Shown: positions 13,841 to 21,612 of the stretch, one piece after another
Numbering within the stretch: the first letter of the stretch is position 1
How the letters are laid out: each line of letters begins with the position of its first letter
Origin: Pseudodesulfovibrio mercurii
GTDB taxonomy: Bacteria > Desulfobacterota > Desulfovibrionia > Desulfovibrionales > Desulfovibrionaceae
DNA length: 32,000 bases
Reading direction: 5' to 3'
Assembly (NCBI RefSeq): GCF_000189295.2
Contig: NC_016803.1
Location: 1,440,001 to 1,472,000 of the forward strand
The notes under the pieces: model-generated
The model's database searches: none
What the model was told of the DNA's origin: nothing
Seen by the model: only the letters and a program-made list of their open reading frames with translations
Position numbers and translations under genes: made by a program

Positions 13841-15931
13841 ATGGGTAAGGAATATGTAAAGAGCATTTGCGGCATGTGCTCGGTACGATGTCCCATTGAG
13901 GTCGAAGTGGTCGATGGCAAGGCGGAGTATATTCAGGGCAATCCCGATGCCGCGGGCATCATGGGCTCCCTGTGTCCGCGCGGCGCTGCCGGTACGGCCC
14001 TGACCTACGACGAGGACCGCCCGCAGTACCCCATGGTGCGCACGGGCAAGCGCGGCGAAGGCAAGTGGAAACGGGTGTCCTGGGACGAAGCCCTGGACTA
14101 CGTGGCCGACGAGCTGACCCGTATCCAGGAGACCTACGGCAAGAACTCGGTCCTGTTTTCGGACCGCGGCGGCCCGTTCCGCGATTTTTACCGCGCCTTC
14201 CTGCGCGGCATCGGCACGGCCAACTACAACAACCACGACTCGGCCTGCGCGCGCAACGTCCAGAACGCGGCCCTGTCCGTGTTCGGCTTCGGCCGCAAGG
14301 GCGTGTCCTACGACCTGAAGAACGCCAAGCACGTGGTGCTCCAGCAGCGCAACATCATGGAGGCCATCAACGTGGCCGAGGTGAACAACCTGTTCACCGG
14401 CATGGAGAACGGCGCCAAGCTGTCGGTCATCGACATCCGCGCCAACGTCCCGGCCACCAAGGCGGACAATTTCTTCATGGTCCGGCCCGGCACGGACTAC
14501 GCCTTCAACCTGGCCGTCATTCATGTCCTTATAAATAACGAGCTGTACGACAAGCAGTTCGTGGCCGACTGGGTCGAGGACTTCGACAAGCTTGTGGAGT
14601 TCGTCAAGCCCTACACCCCGGAGTGGGCCGAGGCCGAGACCGGCGTGCCCGCCGCCCGGCTGATCGACTTCTGCAACCAGCTGGCCGAGGCCGCCCCGAG
14701 CGTCCTGTGGCATCCCGGCTGGATGACCGCGCGCTACACCGACTCCTTCTACATGACCCGGACCATCTACATCATCAACTCGCTGCTCGGGGCCATCGGC
14801 GCCAAGGGCGGCCTGCCGTTCATGAACAAGCCGGGCGACGTGGGTGCCAAGGGGCTGAAGAGCTTCATGGAGCTCTATCCCAAGCCCGAGGGCAAGCGCG
14901 CCGACGGCGTGGGCTGGATGGATGGCCGCAAGCACTTCGACCAGGGCCCCGGCCTGGTCCACCTGGCCTACGACGCCGCGGTGGAGAAGAAGCCCTACCC
15001 CATCAAGGCGTACATCGTGCAGCGCCACGACCCGCTCATGGCCTTCCCGGACAAGAACGACGTCAAGGCCATGTGGGACGACATCGAGCTGCTGGTCTCC
15101 GTGACCTTCTCCTGGTCCGACACCGCCTGGAACGCGGACGTGGTCCTGCCCATCTCCCCGTACCTCGAGCGGGACGAGATTCTGATGACCAAGAACGGCC
15201 CCAAGCCCGCCTTCCAGGTGCGCAAACGGGCCATTCAGCCGGTCTACGACACCAAGGCCGTGTGGGAAATCTACGCGGGCCTGGCCAAGCGCATGGGTCT
15301 CAAGGAACTCGACTACACCAACATCGAGGACATCTGGAAGTTCCAGCTCGAGGGCACCGGCGTGACCATCGAGGACTTCGAGAAGACCGGCATCGTCTCC
15401 CTGGCCTCCGATCCCCTGTACAAGCCGGTCAAGGAGGGCTCCTTCAAGACCCCGTCCGGCAAGATCCAGATCATCGACGCCAAGCTGGAAGGCGACGGCA
15501 TGCCGTCCCTCAAACCCTATGAAGCGCCCGAACGGCCCCCGGCGGGCAAGTTCCGCATCACCTTCGGCCGCTGCGCCCTGCACACCCAGGGCCACACCGT
15601 GAACAACTCCCTGCTCTTCGAGCAGATGCCCGAGAACGTCCTGTGGATCAACACCAAGCGGGCCGAGGAACTCGGCATCGCCCAGGGCGAGTACGTGACC
15701 GTGTCCAGCAACGGCTACAACGGCCGGATCAAGGCGTTCGTCACGGACTTCATCCACCCCGAGGCGGTCTTCATGATCCACGGCTTCGGCCACGACCTGC
15801 CGTGCGAGTCCCGGGCCAAGGGCCGGGGCGTCGCCGACAACCTGCTCATGCCCAAGGGCATCAAGAAGTGGGATCATGGGGGCGGAGCCGTAGCCATGCA
15901 GGAACACTTTGTCTCTGTAAGTAAGGCGTAA
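13841..15931 (+). CDS. Molybdopterin (bis-MGD) oxidoreductase catalytic subunit, Psr/Phs/acetylene-hydratase-like clade, apparently cytoplasmic
   Basis: The N terminus MGKEYVKSICGMCSVRCPI carries CxxCxxxC, with a fourth Cys in GSLCPRG. RTGKRGEGKWKRVSWDEALDYVADEL is typical of MopB enzymes. There is no twin-arginine signal. AGGAGG lies 6 nt upstream of the ATG. Confidence 0.9.
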   Translation: MGKEYVKSICGMCSVRCPIEVEVVDGKAEYIQGNPDAAGIMGSLCPRGAAGTALTYDEDRPQYPMVRTGKRGEGKWKRVSWDEALDYVADELTRIQETYGKNSVLFSDRGGPFRDFYRAFLRGIGTANYNNHDSACARNVQNAALSVFGFGRKGVSYDLKNAKHVVLQQRNIMEAINVAEVNNLFTGMENGAKLSVIDIRANVPATKADNFFMVRPGTDYAFNLAVIHVLINNELYDKQFVADWVEDFDKLVEFVKPYTPEWAEAETGVPAARLIDFCNQLAEAAPSVLWHPGWMTARYTDSFYMTRTIYIINSLLGAIGAKGGLPFMNKPGDVGAKGLKSFMELYPKPEGKRADGVGWMDGRKHFDQGPGLVHLAYDAAVEKKPYPIKAYIVQRHDPLMAFPDKNDVKAMWDDIELLVSVTFSWSDTAWNADVVLPISPYLERDEILMTKNGPKPAFQVRKRAIQPVYDTKAVWEIYAGLAKRMGLKELDYTNIEDIWKFQLEGTGVTIEDFEKTGIVSLASDPLYKPVKEGSFKTPSGKIQIIDAKLEGDGMPSLKPYEAPERPPAGKFRITFGRCALHTQGHTVNNSLLFEQMPENVLWINTKRAEELGIAQGEYVTVSSNGYNGRIKAFVTDFIHPEAVFMIHGFGHDLPCESRAKGRGVADNLLMPKGIKKWDHGGGAVAMQEHFVSVSKA

Positions 15932-15956
15932 CGCCTCTCCAAACCGAATAAGACAA

Positions 15957-15992
15957 GGGCCGACAGCGGATGCTGTCGGCCCTCCTTTTTTT
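15957..15992 (+). terminator. Intrinsic terminator of the Mo-oxidoreductase gene
   Basis: GGGCCGACAGC-GGAT-GCTGTCGGCCC followed by TCCTTTTTTTAT. Confidence 0.8.
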
Positions 15993-16018
15993 ATCGGTTT
16001 GGAGAGGCGTTTGACGGC

Positions 16019-16048
16019 GGGCGGCTTCCGAGAGCGGGCCGTCCGCAC
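16019..16048. repeat. 30-nt intergenic repeat, copy 1 (27/30 identical to 24785-24814)
   Basis: GGGCGGCTTCCGAGAGCGGGCCGTCCGCAC versus GGGCGGCTTCCGAGAGCGGACCATCTGCAC. Both copies lie just downstream of an intrinsic terminator of a plus-strand gene. Confidence 0.7.
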
Positions 16049-16240
16049 TCTTCTTCAGGCCATCCAAATGGTAATCGCTCGCGTCTAGCTCTACAGATAA
16101 TCATGTAAAAAAATTACAAATTTTCACTTGTATCTCGGCCCGTGAAGGACTAGCTTTTCGTCACTCCCAACTGACATGAGGCATTGCTCATTCAGGCATG
16201 CCTCCCATGACCGCCATCGAGTATTCCAACTGGAGATTTC

Positions 16241-16954
16241 ATGCGCCGCCTATTCCTCTTCCTCATTGGTTGTTTTCTGACCCTCACCCTGCTCCCCCTG
16301 ACCGCGTCCGCGGAAGAAAACCACTTCCGTGTAGGCCTTGTCGGCGAATATGCAAACACGCACTATGGAAAAGGCGGGACCCACCGCAATGCCTATGGGA
16401 CCGATTTCGGACTTCTGCTGGGCTACGAGAATACGATTTCAGACGATCTCTGGTTTAAAATCGACGGGAAGATCGTCCACGGCCCACGCACTACGACCAC
16501 CGGCATAAGCCCTTGGCGCAACACCGATGTCCGCACAACGGCCAAGATCGGGACGTCCTTTCACTACGGGGTCGACATCAAACCGTTTGTCGGGGTTGGG
16601 GTCAACTACACGGATCGAGACATCCGAGACAGCAATGACGAATTTTTCACGGACTACATCCTGCCGGTAGGCGTTTCCTTTGAAAAGGAAACGGACTATG
16701 GCCTGATCGGCAGCGACATCCAATATGAATATGTGGTTTATCGCGAACGGCACACAACGGACGCAAACCAAACGTGCACGACGCAGTCCTTTGGCGGCAA
16801 CGGCAATCTTGAAATCGGCCTTTTCTTCGAACCCAAAGGCACTTCCATGGGATTTCGCCCCTACTACAGGTACGAACACGAAAACTACAAGGAGCGCGCG
16901 TGGTGGCCCACCAACACCAATATCGGCGGGCTGGAAATCTACTACCGCTTCTAG
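16241..16954 (+). CDS. Outer-membrane beta-barrel protein (small porin/OmpW-like class)
   Basis: Signal peptide MRRLFLFLIGCFLTLTLLPLTASA, alternating aromatic/Gly-rich beta-strand pattern, and a C-terminal ...LEIYYRF ending in Phe. GGAG lies upstream. GC is lower than in the neighbouring genes. Confidence 0.7.
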   Translation: MRRLFLFLIGCFLTLTLLPLTASAEENHFRVGLVGEYANTHYGKGGTHRNAYGTDFGLLLGYENTISDDLWFKIDGKIVHGPRTTTTGISPWRNTDVRTTAKIGTSFHYGVDIKPFVGVGVNYTDRDIRDSNDEFFTDYILPVGVSFEKETDYGLIGSDIQYEYVVYRERHTTDANQTCTTQSFGGNGNLEIGLFFEPKGTSMGFRPYYRYEHENYKERAWWPTNTNIGGLEIYYRF

Positions 16955-17081
16955 ATTGAAAAGTGGGCATTTCGGCATTGACCAGCCGCGGTCAATCCAC
17001 GCCAAAACACGCCGATCTTATTCCTCACAAAACTCGGGGCGAACACTGCAGTCCGCGCCCGTAGCGTGAAAGACGAAAAAA

Positions 17082-17110
17082 GGCGCGGACCGAACGGTCC
17101 GCGCCTTTTT
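17082..17110. terminator. Bidirectional intrinsic terminator between the OMP gene and the phosphomannomutase gene
   Basis: AAAAAA-GGCGCGGACC-GAAC-GGTCCGCGCC-TTTTT. Confidence 0.75.
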
Positions 17111-17130
17111 ATTGATGTACGTCGTCGTAC

Positions 17131-18489
17131 CTAGCCTTCGGCGATCCAGCCTTTGAGCTTGGTTTCGAACATGGTCTTGATCTCGTCGAGGCGCTCCGGG
17201 GTTTCGGCTTCGAAGCGGAGGACCAGGACGGGCTGGGTGTTGGAGGCGCGGATGAGGCCCCAGCCGTCGGGGAAGACGGCGCGCACGCCGTCGATGTCGA
17301 TGGCCTCGAACTTGGAGCTGAAGTATTTGACGGCCTTGTCGACCACGCGCTCCTTGAGGGCCTCGGGGCAGTCCACGCGGATTTCCGGGGTGGACCAGGT
17401 CTTTGGCCAGTTGAGCTGTTCGGACATGGGCTTGTCGGACCGGGAGAGGATCTCGACCATGCGCAGGGCCGCGTAGGTGGCGTCGTCGAAGCCGTAGTAG
17501 CGGTCGGCGAAGAACATGTGGCCGGACATCTCGCCCGCGAACTTGGCACCGATCTCGCGCATGCGCGCCTTGATGAGCGAATGGCCGGTCTTCCACATGA
17601 CCGCGTTGCCGCCGTGGGCCTTGATGTCGTCGTACATGAGGTGCGAGCACTTGACCTCGCCGATGATGGACGCGCCGGGAAAGGTCTTGAGGATGTCGCG
17701 GGCGTAGATGGCCACCAGTTGGTCGCCGAAGAGCAGTTCGCCCTTTTCCGTGACCACGCCGACGCGGTCGCAGTCGCCGTCCAGGCCGATGCCGATGTCC
17801 GCCTTTTCCTTGAGCACGGCCTGTTGCAGGGCGGCCATGTTCTTCTCCACCACCGGGTCGGGATGGTGGTTGGGGAAATCGCCGTCGGGCTCGCAGAACA
17901 GGCAGACCACCTCGGCCCCGGCCTTGCGCAGGGCGTCGGCCGTGAGCAGCCCGCCCGTGCCGTTGCCGCCGTCCACGACCACCTTCACGGGCCGCGCCAG
18001 GGTCACGTCCCCGGCCAGTTCGGCCACGTACTTGTCGAGCACGTCCTCGTGCCGGACCGTGCCCGAACCCGAGGGGAAGGCGCCCTTCTCCATGAGTTCG
18101 TAGACGTCCTGAATCTCCTCGGAGTGGATGGTGCTGATCCCCTGCCAGACCTTGAACCCGTTATATTCCGATGGGTTGTGGCTGGCGGTGATCATCACGC
18201 CCGCGTGGGTCTCGAGTTTGGTCACAGCCCAGTAGAAGGCCGGGGTCGAGACCTGGCCGATGGTGATGACGTTGACGCCCGTGGAGTTCAGGCCACGGGT
18301 CAGGGCCGCGGCGTAGCCGGGCGAGGAGTGGCGGCAATCGTGGCCGACCACGGCGGTCTTGGAGCCGTTTTCCAGGAAATACTGCCCGCAGGCACGGCCC
18401 AGCCGCTCGACCCATTCCTCGTCGAAATCCCTGTCCACCACGCCGCGAATGTCATAGGTCCTGAACACTTCCCGCGAAATAGGCTTCAT
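17131..18489 (-). CDS. Phosphomannomutase/phosphoglucomutase (alpha-D-phosphohexomutase family)
   Basis: MKPISREVFRTYDIRGVV start, catalytic-Ser loop ITASHNPSEYNGFK, metal loop GIGLDGDCDRV, and GEMSGHMFF. I place the start at ATG 18489, preceded by GGGAGGA. The upstream part of the track ORF is Gly/Pro/Ala-rich and non-homologous. Confidence 0.9.
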   Translation of the reverse strand: MKPISREVFRTYDIRGVVDRDFDEEWVERLGRACGQYFLENGSKTAVVGHDCRHSSPGYAAALTRGLNSTGVNVITIGQVSTPAFYWAVTKLETHAGVMITASHNPSEYNGFKVWQGISTIHSEEIQDVYELMEKGAFPSGSGTVRHEDVLDKYVAELAGDVTLARPVKVVVDGGNGTGGLLTADALRKAGAEVVCLFCEPDGDFPNHHPDPVVEKNMAALQQAVLKEKADIGIGLDGDCDRVGVVTEKGELLFGDQLVAIYARDILKTFPGASIIGEVKCSHLMYDDIKAHGGNAVMWKTGHSLIKARMREIGAKFAGEMSGHMFFADRYYGFDDATYAALRMVEILSRSDKPMSEQLNWPKTWSTPEIRVDCPEALKERVVDKAVKYFSSKFEAIDIDGVRAVFPDGWGLIRASNTQPVLVLRFEAETPERLDEIKTMFETKLKGWIAEG

Positions 18490-18698
18490 CCGTATTCCTC
18501 CCTGCCCGTGCGCCGGGCCGTCGGTCTCGTCGGTTGATCCCGGCTCACGGCCGGGCTGCAATGCAACATGCTCCGGGGTCGCCGCCGAACGTGCATCGCC
18601 CGGCGCGCCCTCCGTACCTGACAACATATACAGACATTTTTACGGAAATTCCACCGACGGTTTCATGCAACCCGCGCAAAATCGTCACCCAACCGTCA

Positions 18699-18727
18699 TT
18701 GACATATCCGCATAAGCGGATATTAAT
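18699..18727 (+). promoter_or_regulatory. Candidate sigma-70 promoter with an embedded ArsR-type palindromic operator
   Basis: TTGACA (18699-18704), a 16-17 nt spacer, then TATTAA/ATTAAT (18721-18727). A perfect palindrome ATATCCGC-ATAA-GCGGATAT (18704-18723) fills the spacer. The arsR ATG is at 18734. Confidence 0.5.
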
Positions 18728-18733
18728 TCCCTC

Positions 18734-19084
18734 ATGGAACAACTGGCGCTTCGCTTCAAGGGGCTCTGCGACCCCACCCGGCTGAGGGTACTCCGGCTGC
18801 TCGACCACGGCGAACGGTGCGTCTGCGACCTGATGGCGGCGCTCGACCTGCCGCAGTCCACGGTTTCCCGGCACATGTCCTTCCTGCGCAACGGCGGCTG
18901 GGTGAGCAGCCGCCGCAAGGGCAAGTGGGTCTACTACACCCTGGCGGAACCGCAGGACGCGATCCAGTCCGAGGTTCTCGAGATTCTCAGGAACCGGCTG
19001 CCCGACCTGGAACAGGCGAGACGGGATCACGAACGGCTCATGACCCATCTGGCGAACAAAACCGAAGAAACCTGCTCAAACTAG
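18734..19084 (+). CDS. arsR: ArsR/SmtB-family metalloregulator
   Basis: LCDPTRLRVLRLLDHGERCVCDLMAALDLPQSTVSRHMSFLRNGGWV: the wHTH with the CVC As(III)-binding motif. First gene of the ars cluster. Confidence 0.85.
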   Translation: MEQLALRFKGLCDPTRLRVLRLLDHGERCVCDLMAALDLPQSTVSRHMSFLRNGGWVSSRRKGKWVYYTLAEPQDAIQSEVLEILRNRLPDLEQARRDHERLMTHLANKTEETCSN

Positions 19085-19099
19085 GCAGAGGAACCGGCC

Positions 19100-20203
19100 A
19101 TGCCCGAAACCGCATTGAAAAAGCTTTCCTTCCTAGACCGTTATCTGACCCTGTGGATATTCCTGGCCATGTTCGCGGGCGTGGCCTGCGGATACTTCCT
19201 CCCCGGCATGAAGCGGGTCATCGACGCCTTTCAGGTGGGGACCACCAACATCCCCATCGCCATCGGCCTGATATTGATGATGTACCCGCCCCTGGCCAAG
19301 GTGAAGTACGAGGAACTCGGCAGGGTCTTCCGCAACGGCCGGGTGCTGGCCCTGTCCCTGATCCAGAACTGGGTCATAGGCCCGGCGCTCATGTTCGGCC
19401 TGGCCGTGACCTTCCTGTCCGGGCAGCACGAGTACATGGTCGGCCTGATCCTCATCGGCCTGGCCCGGTGCATCGCCATGGTCATCGTCTGGAACGACCT
19501 GGCCGGGGGCGACGCCGAGTACTGCGCCGGACTCGTGGCCTTCAACTCCGTGTTCCAGGTGCTCTTCTTCTCGGTCTACGCCTTTGTCTTCATCACGGTC
19601 CTGCCCGGCTGGTTCGGGCTCGAGGGCGCGGCCGTGGACGTGTCCATGGGCCAGATCGCCAAAAGCGTGTTCATCTACCTGGGCATCCCGTTCCTGGCGG
19701 GCATGGCCTCGCGCTTCATCGGGCTCAAGGTCAAAGGTCGGGAGTGGTACGAGACCGTGTTCATCCCCAAGATCAGCCCCCTGACCCTGGTCTTCCTGCT
19801 CTTCACCATCCTGGTCATGTTCTCCCTCAAGGGCGACCGCGTGGTGGCCCTGCCGCTCGACGTGGTCCGCATCGCCATTCCCCTGACCATCTACTTCCTG
19901 GTCATGTTCCTGGTTTCGTTCTACCTGTCCTGGAAGGCCGACGCCACTTACGAGCAGGCGGCCACCTTGAGCTTCACCGCAGCCTCCAACAACTTCGAAC
20001 TGGCCATCGCCGTGGCCATCGCCGTGTTCGGCATCGACTCGGGCGAGGCCTTCGCCGCGGTCATCGGCCCCCTGGTGGAGGTCCCGGTGCTCATCGCTCT
20101 GGTCAACGTGGCCGTGCGCTTCAAGCGCCGCTACTTCCCCTTCGCCAAGGAAACCATCGGCGGCGTCTGCCACGTCCGCTGCGAAACCTCCAACGCAGAC
20201 TAG
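19100..20203 (+). CDS. acr3: ACR3-family arsenite efflux permease
   Basis: [25 protein letters not shown]..., [21 protein letters not shown] and [16 protein letters not shown] are typical of Acr3/ArsB(ACR3). Confidence 0.9.
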   Translation: MPETALKKLSFLDRYLTLWIFLAMFAGVACGYFLPGMKRVIDAFQVGTTNIPIAIGLILMMYPPLAKVKYEELGRVFRNGRVLALSLIQNWVIGPALMFGLAVTFLSGQHEYMVGLILIGLARCIAMVIVWNDLAGGDAEYCAGLVAFNSVFQVLFFSVYAFVFITVLPGWFGLEGAAVDVSMGQIAKSVFIYLGIPFLAGMASRFIGLKVKGREWYETVFIPKISPLTLVFLLFTILVMFSLKGDRVVALPLDVVRIAIPLTIYFLVMFLVSFYLSWKADATYEQAATLSFTAASNNFELAIAVAIAVFGIDSGEAFAAVIGPLVEVPVLIALVNVAVRFKRRYFPFAKETIGGVCHVRCETSNAD

Positions 20204-20213
20204 GAGCGACGCC

Positions 20214-20648
20214 ATGAACATTCTTTTCCTGTGCACCGGCAATTCCTGCCGCAGCCAGATGGCCGAGGGCTGGGCCAGGGCGCTCAAGCCCGAAACCTTC
20301 ACGGCCTGGTCCGCCGGAGTGGAGACCCACGGCCTGAACCCCCTGGCCGTGCGGGTCATGGCCGAGGCGGGCGTGGACATCTCCGGCCACACCTCCAAGC
20401 TGACCACCGACCTGCCCGCGGACGTGGACTTCGACTACGTGGTCACGGTCTGCGGCCACGCCAACGAGAACTGCCCCTATTTCCCGGCCAGGACCAAGGT
20501 GGTCCACGTCGGCTTCGACGACCCGCCGAGCCTGGCCAAGACACTGACCGACGAGGCCGAAATCCTGGACGTGTACCGACGGGTTCGCGACGAGATCAAG
20601 GCCTTTGTCCAGGGGCTGCCCGACTCCCTGGAGACGGACGGCCGCTAA
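20214..20648 (+). CDS. arsC: Thioredoxin-coupled arsenate reductase (LMW-PTPase fold)
   Basis: NILFLCTGNSCRSQMAEGWA P-loop, plus the downstream Cys pair in VTVCGHANENCPYFP. Confidence 0.9.
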   Translation: MNILFLCTGNSCRSQMAEGWARALKPETFTAWSAGVETHGLNPLAVRVMAEAGVDISGHTSKLTTDLPADVDFDYVVTVCGHANENCPYFPARTKVVHVGFDDPPSLAKTLTDEAEILDVYRRVRDEIKAFVQGLPDSLETDGR

Positions 20649-20658
20649 GGAGTGCGCC

Positions 20659-20769
20659 ATGAAAAAGCGCCTACGCAAACGGACCCGGCCCTGGTCGCCG
20701 CTGGCGACCTGGACCAGCTGCATCCGTTCCGGAGAAACCGGTGAACTCCGCTTCTCCCTGTTCGCCTGA
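20659..20769 (+). CDS. Candidate 36-aa small ORF at the end of the ars operon
   Basis: AAGGAG lies 6 nt upstream of the ATG, and the ORF sits between the arsC stop and the operon terminator. Peptide: MKKRLRKRTRPWSPLATWTSCIRSGETGELRFSLFA. No homology recognised. Confidence 0.25.
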   Translation: MKKRLRKRTRPWSPLATWTSCIRSGETGELRFSLFA

Positions 20770-20795
20770 CAACCCATCGCAACCGACACGCAACA

Positions 20796-20829
20796 AGGCC
20801 CGGCGGGATTCCCGCCGGGCCTCTTGTTT
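20796..20829 (+). terminator. Intrinsic terminator of the ars operon
   Basis: AGGCCCGGCGGG-ATT-CCCGCCGGGCCT followed by CTTGTTTG. Confidence 0.7.
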
Positions 20830-21612
20830 GGGAAAAATCAGAAGTTGAAGCCGCTACGCGGCGATTCGGGATGACGGGGTTCGCTCCGCCCCGGCGCCCC
20901 CCCTTTGCGCGGTCGGACAGGGCCTGGTTCAATTCGTCCGGACGACGCTGCGCGTCCACCAAATCCGTCAGGCGTTCCTTCCCTGGTCCTGTCGCTGCCG
21001 CCCCCCTGGGACATGCTTCGCCGTCCCCCTTTCTCGCTCTCACCCTCGCCCGGAAGGGATGCCCTGCAAGGGCTCCCGCCCCAGCGCACCCCCTTGTCCG
21101 ATGCCGCTCCAAAACGTGGCAAAATAGCGTCTCCGAGAAGTGCCTATACGGTGATGTTATTGGCAATTCTCATGCCAAAAACAATGTCATACAATACAAA
21201 ATAAATCATTTTTTGACACGGTGAATTTATTCAGATAGACTCTGTCAATGATTACAGACGATGCAGATAAATGAACGTTGTTTTTGATCTGTAACAAAAA
21301 GATAGAGAGATAATACAGTAATAAATCAACTGTTGCAGTTGCCACAATCTGATACAAAAAATTCTTACAGCAGATTGTGACTGTATCATCGACAAAACAA
21401 CATCATCTTCGGCTAAATCGCCAATTGTACATGCCACAGACCTCGAAATGCCATAGCGGACAGAAAACCCTGTCCAGCCCCGGACTGCGCTCGTCCACCC
21501 CGTGCGGACTTCGCGACCGGGTTCCCCTCTCCTGATCCATTTCGACAGCCTTTTTTTCCGACACTCCCCGCCCCCGGCGAGGGAGCGCGTCGTTACTTTC
21601 AACGGAGCAACC

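Noticed and set aside
13817-16048. 743-aa minus-strand ORF antisense to the molybdopterin oxidoreductase
   Set aside because: Same artefact class. The plus-strand frame carries the unmistakable MopB motifs and an AGGAGG SD.
18490-18627. 46-codon N-terminal extension of the phosphomannomutase ORF
   Set aside because: The extension is Gly/Pro/Ala-rich with no homology. The internal ATG at 18489 has a GGGAGGA SD and yields the canonical MKPISREVFRTYDIRG start.
20645-21224. ORFs of 94-173 aa on both strands in the arsC-proV gap
   Set aside because: They mutually overlap, are low-complexity (Gly/Arg/Pro/Ser), lack SDs and motifs, and one overlaps the arsC 3' end. I treat the region as non-coding or a possible gene remnant (see findings).
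21502-21612. 37-codon N-terminal extension of proV
   Set aside because: It has no SD and a non-homologous sequence. MGQITVENLYKIFG at 21613, with an upstream GGAG, is the typical ProV start.
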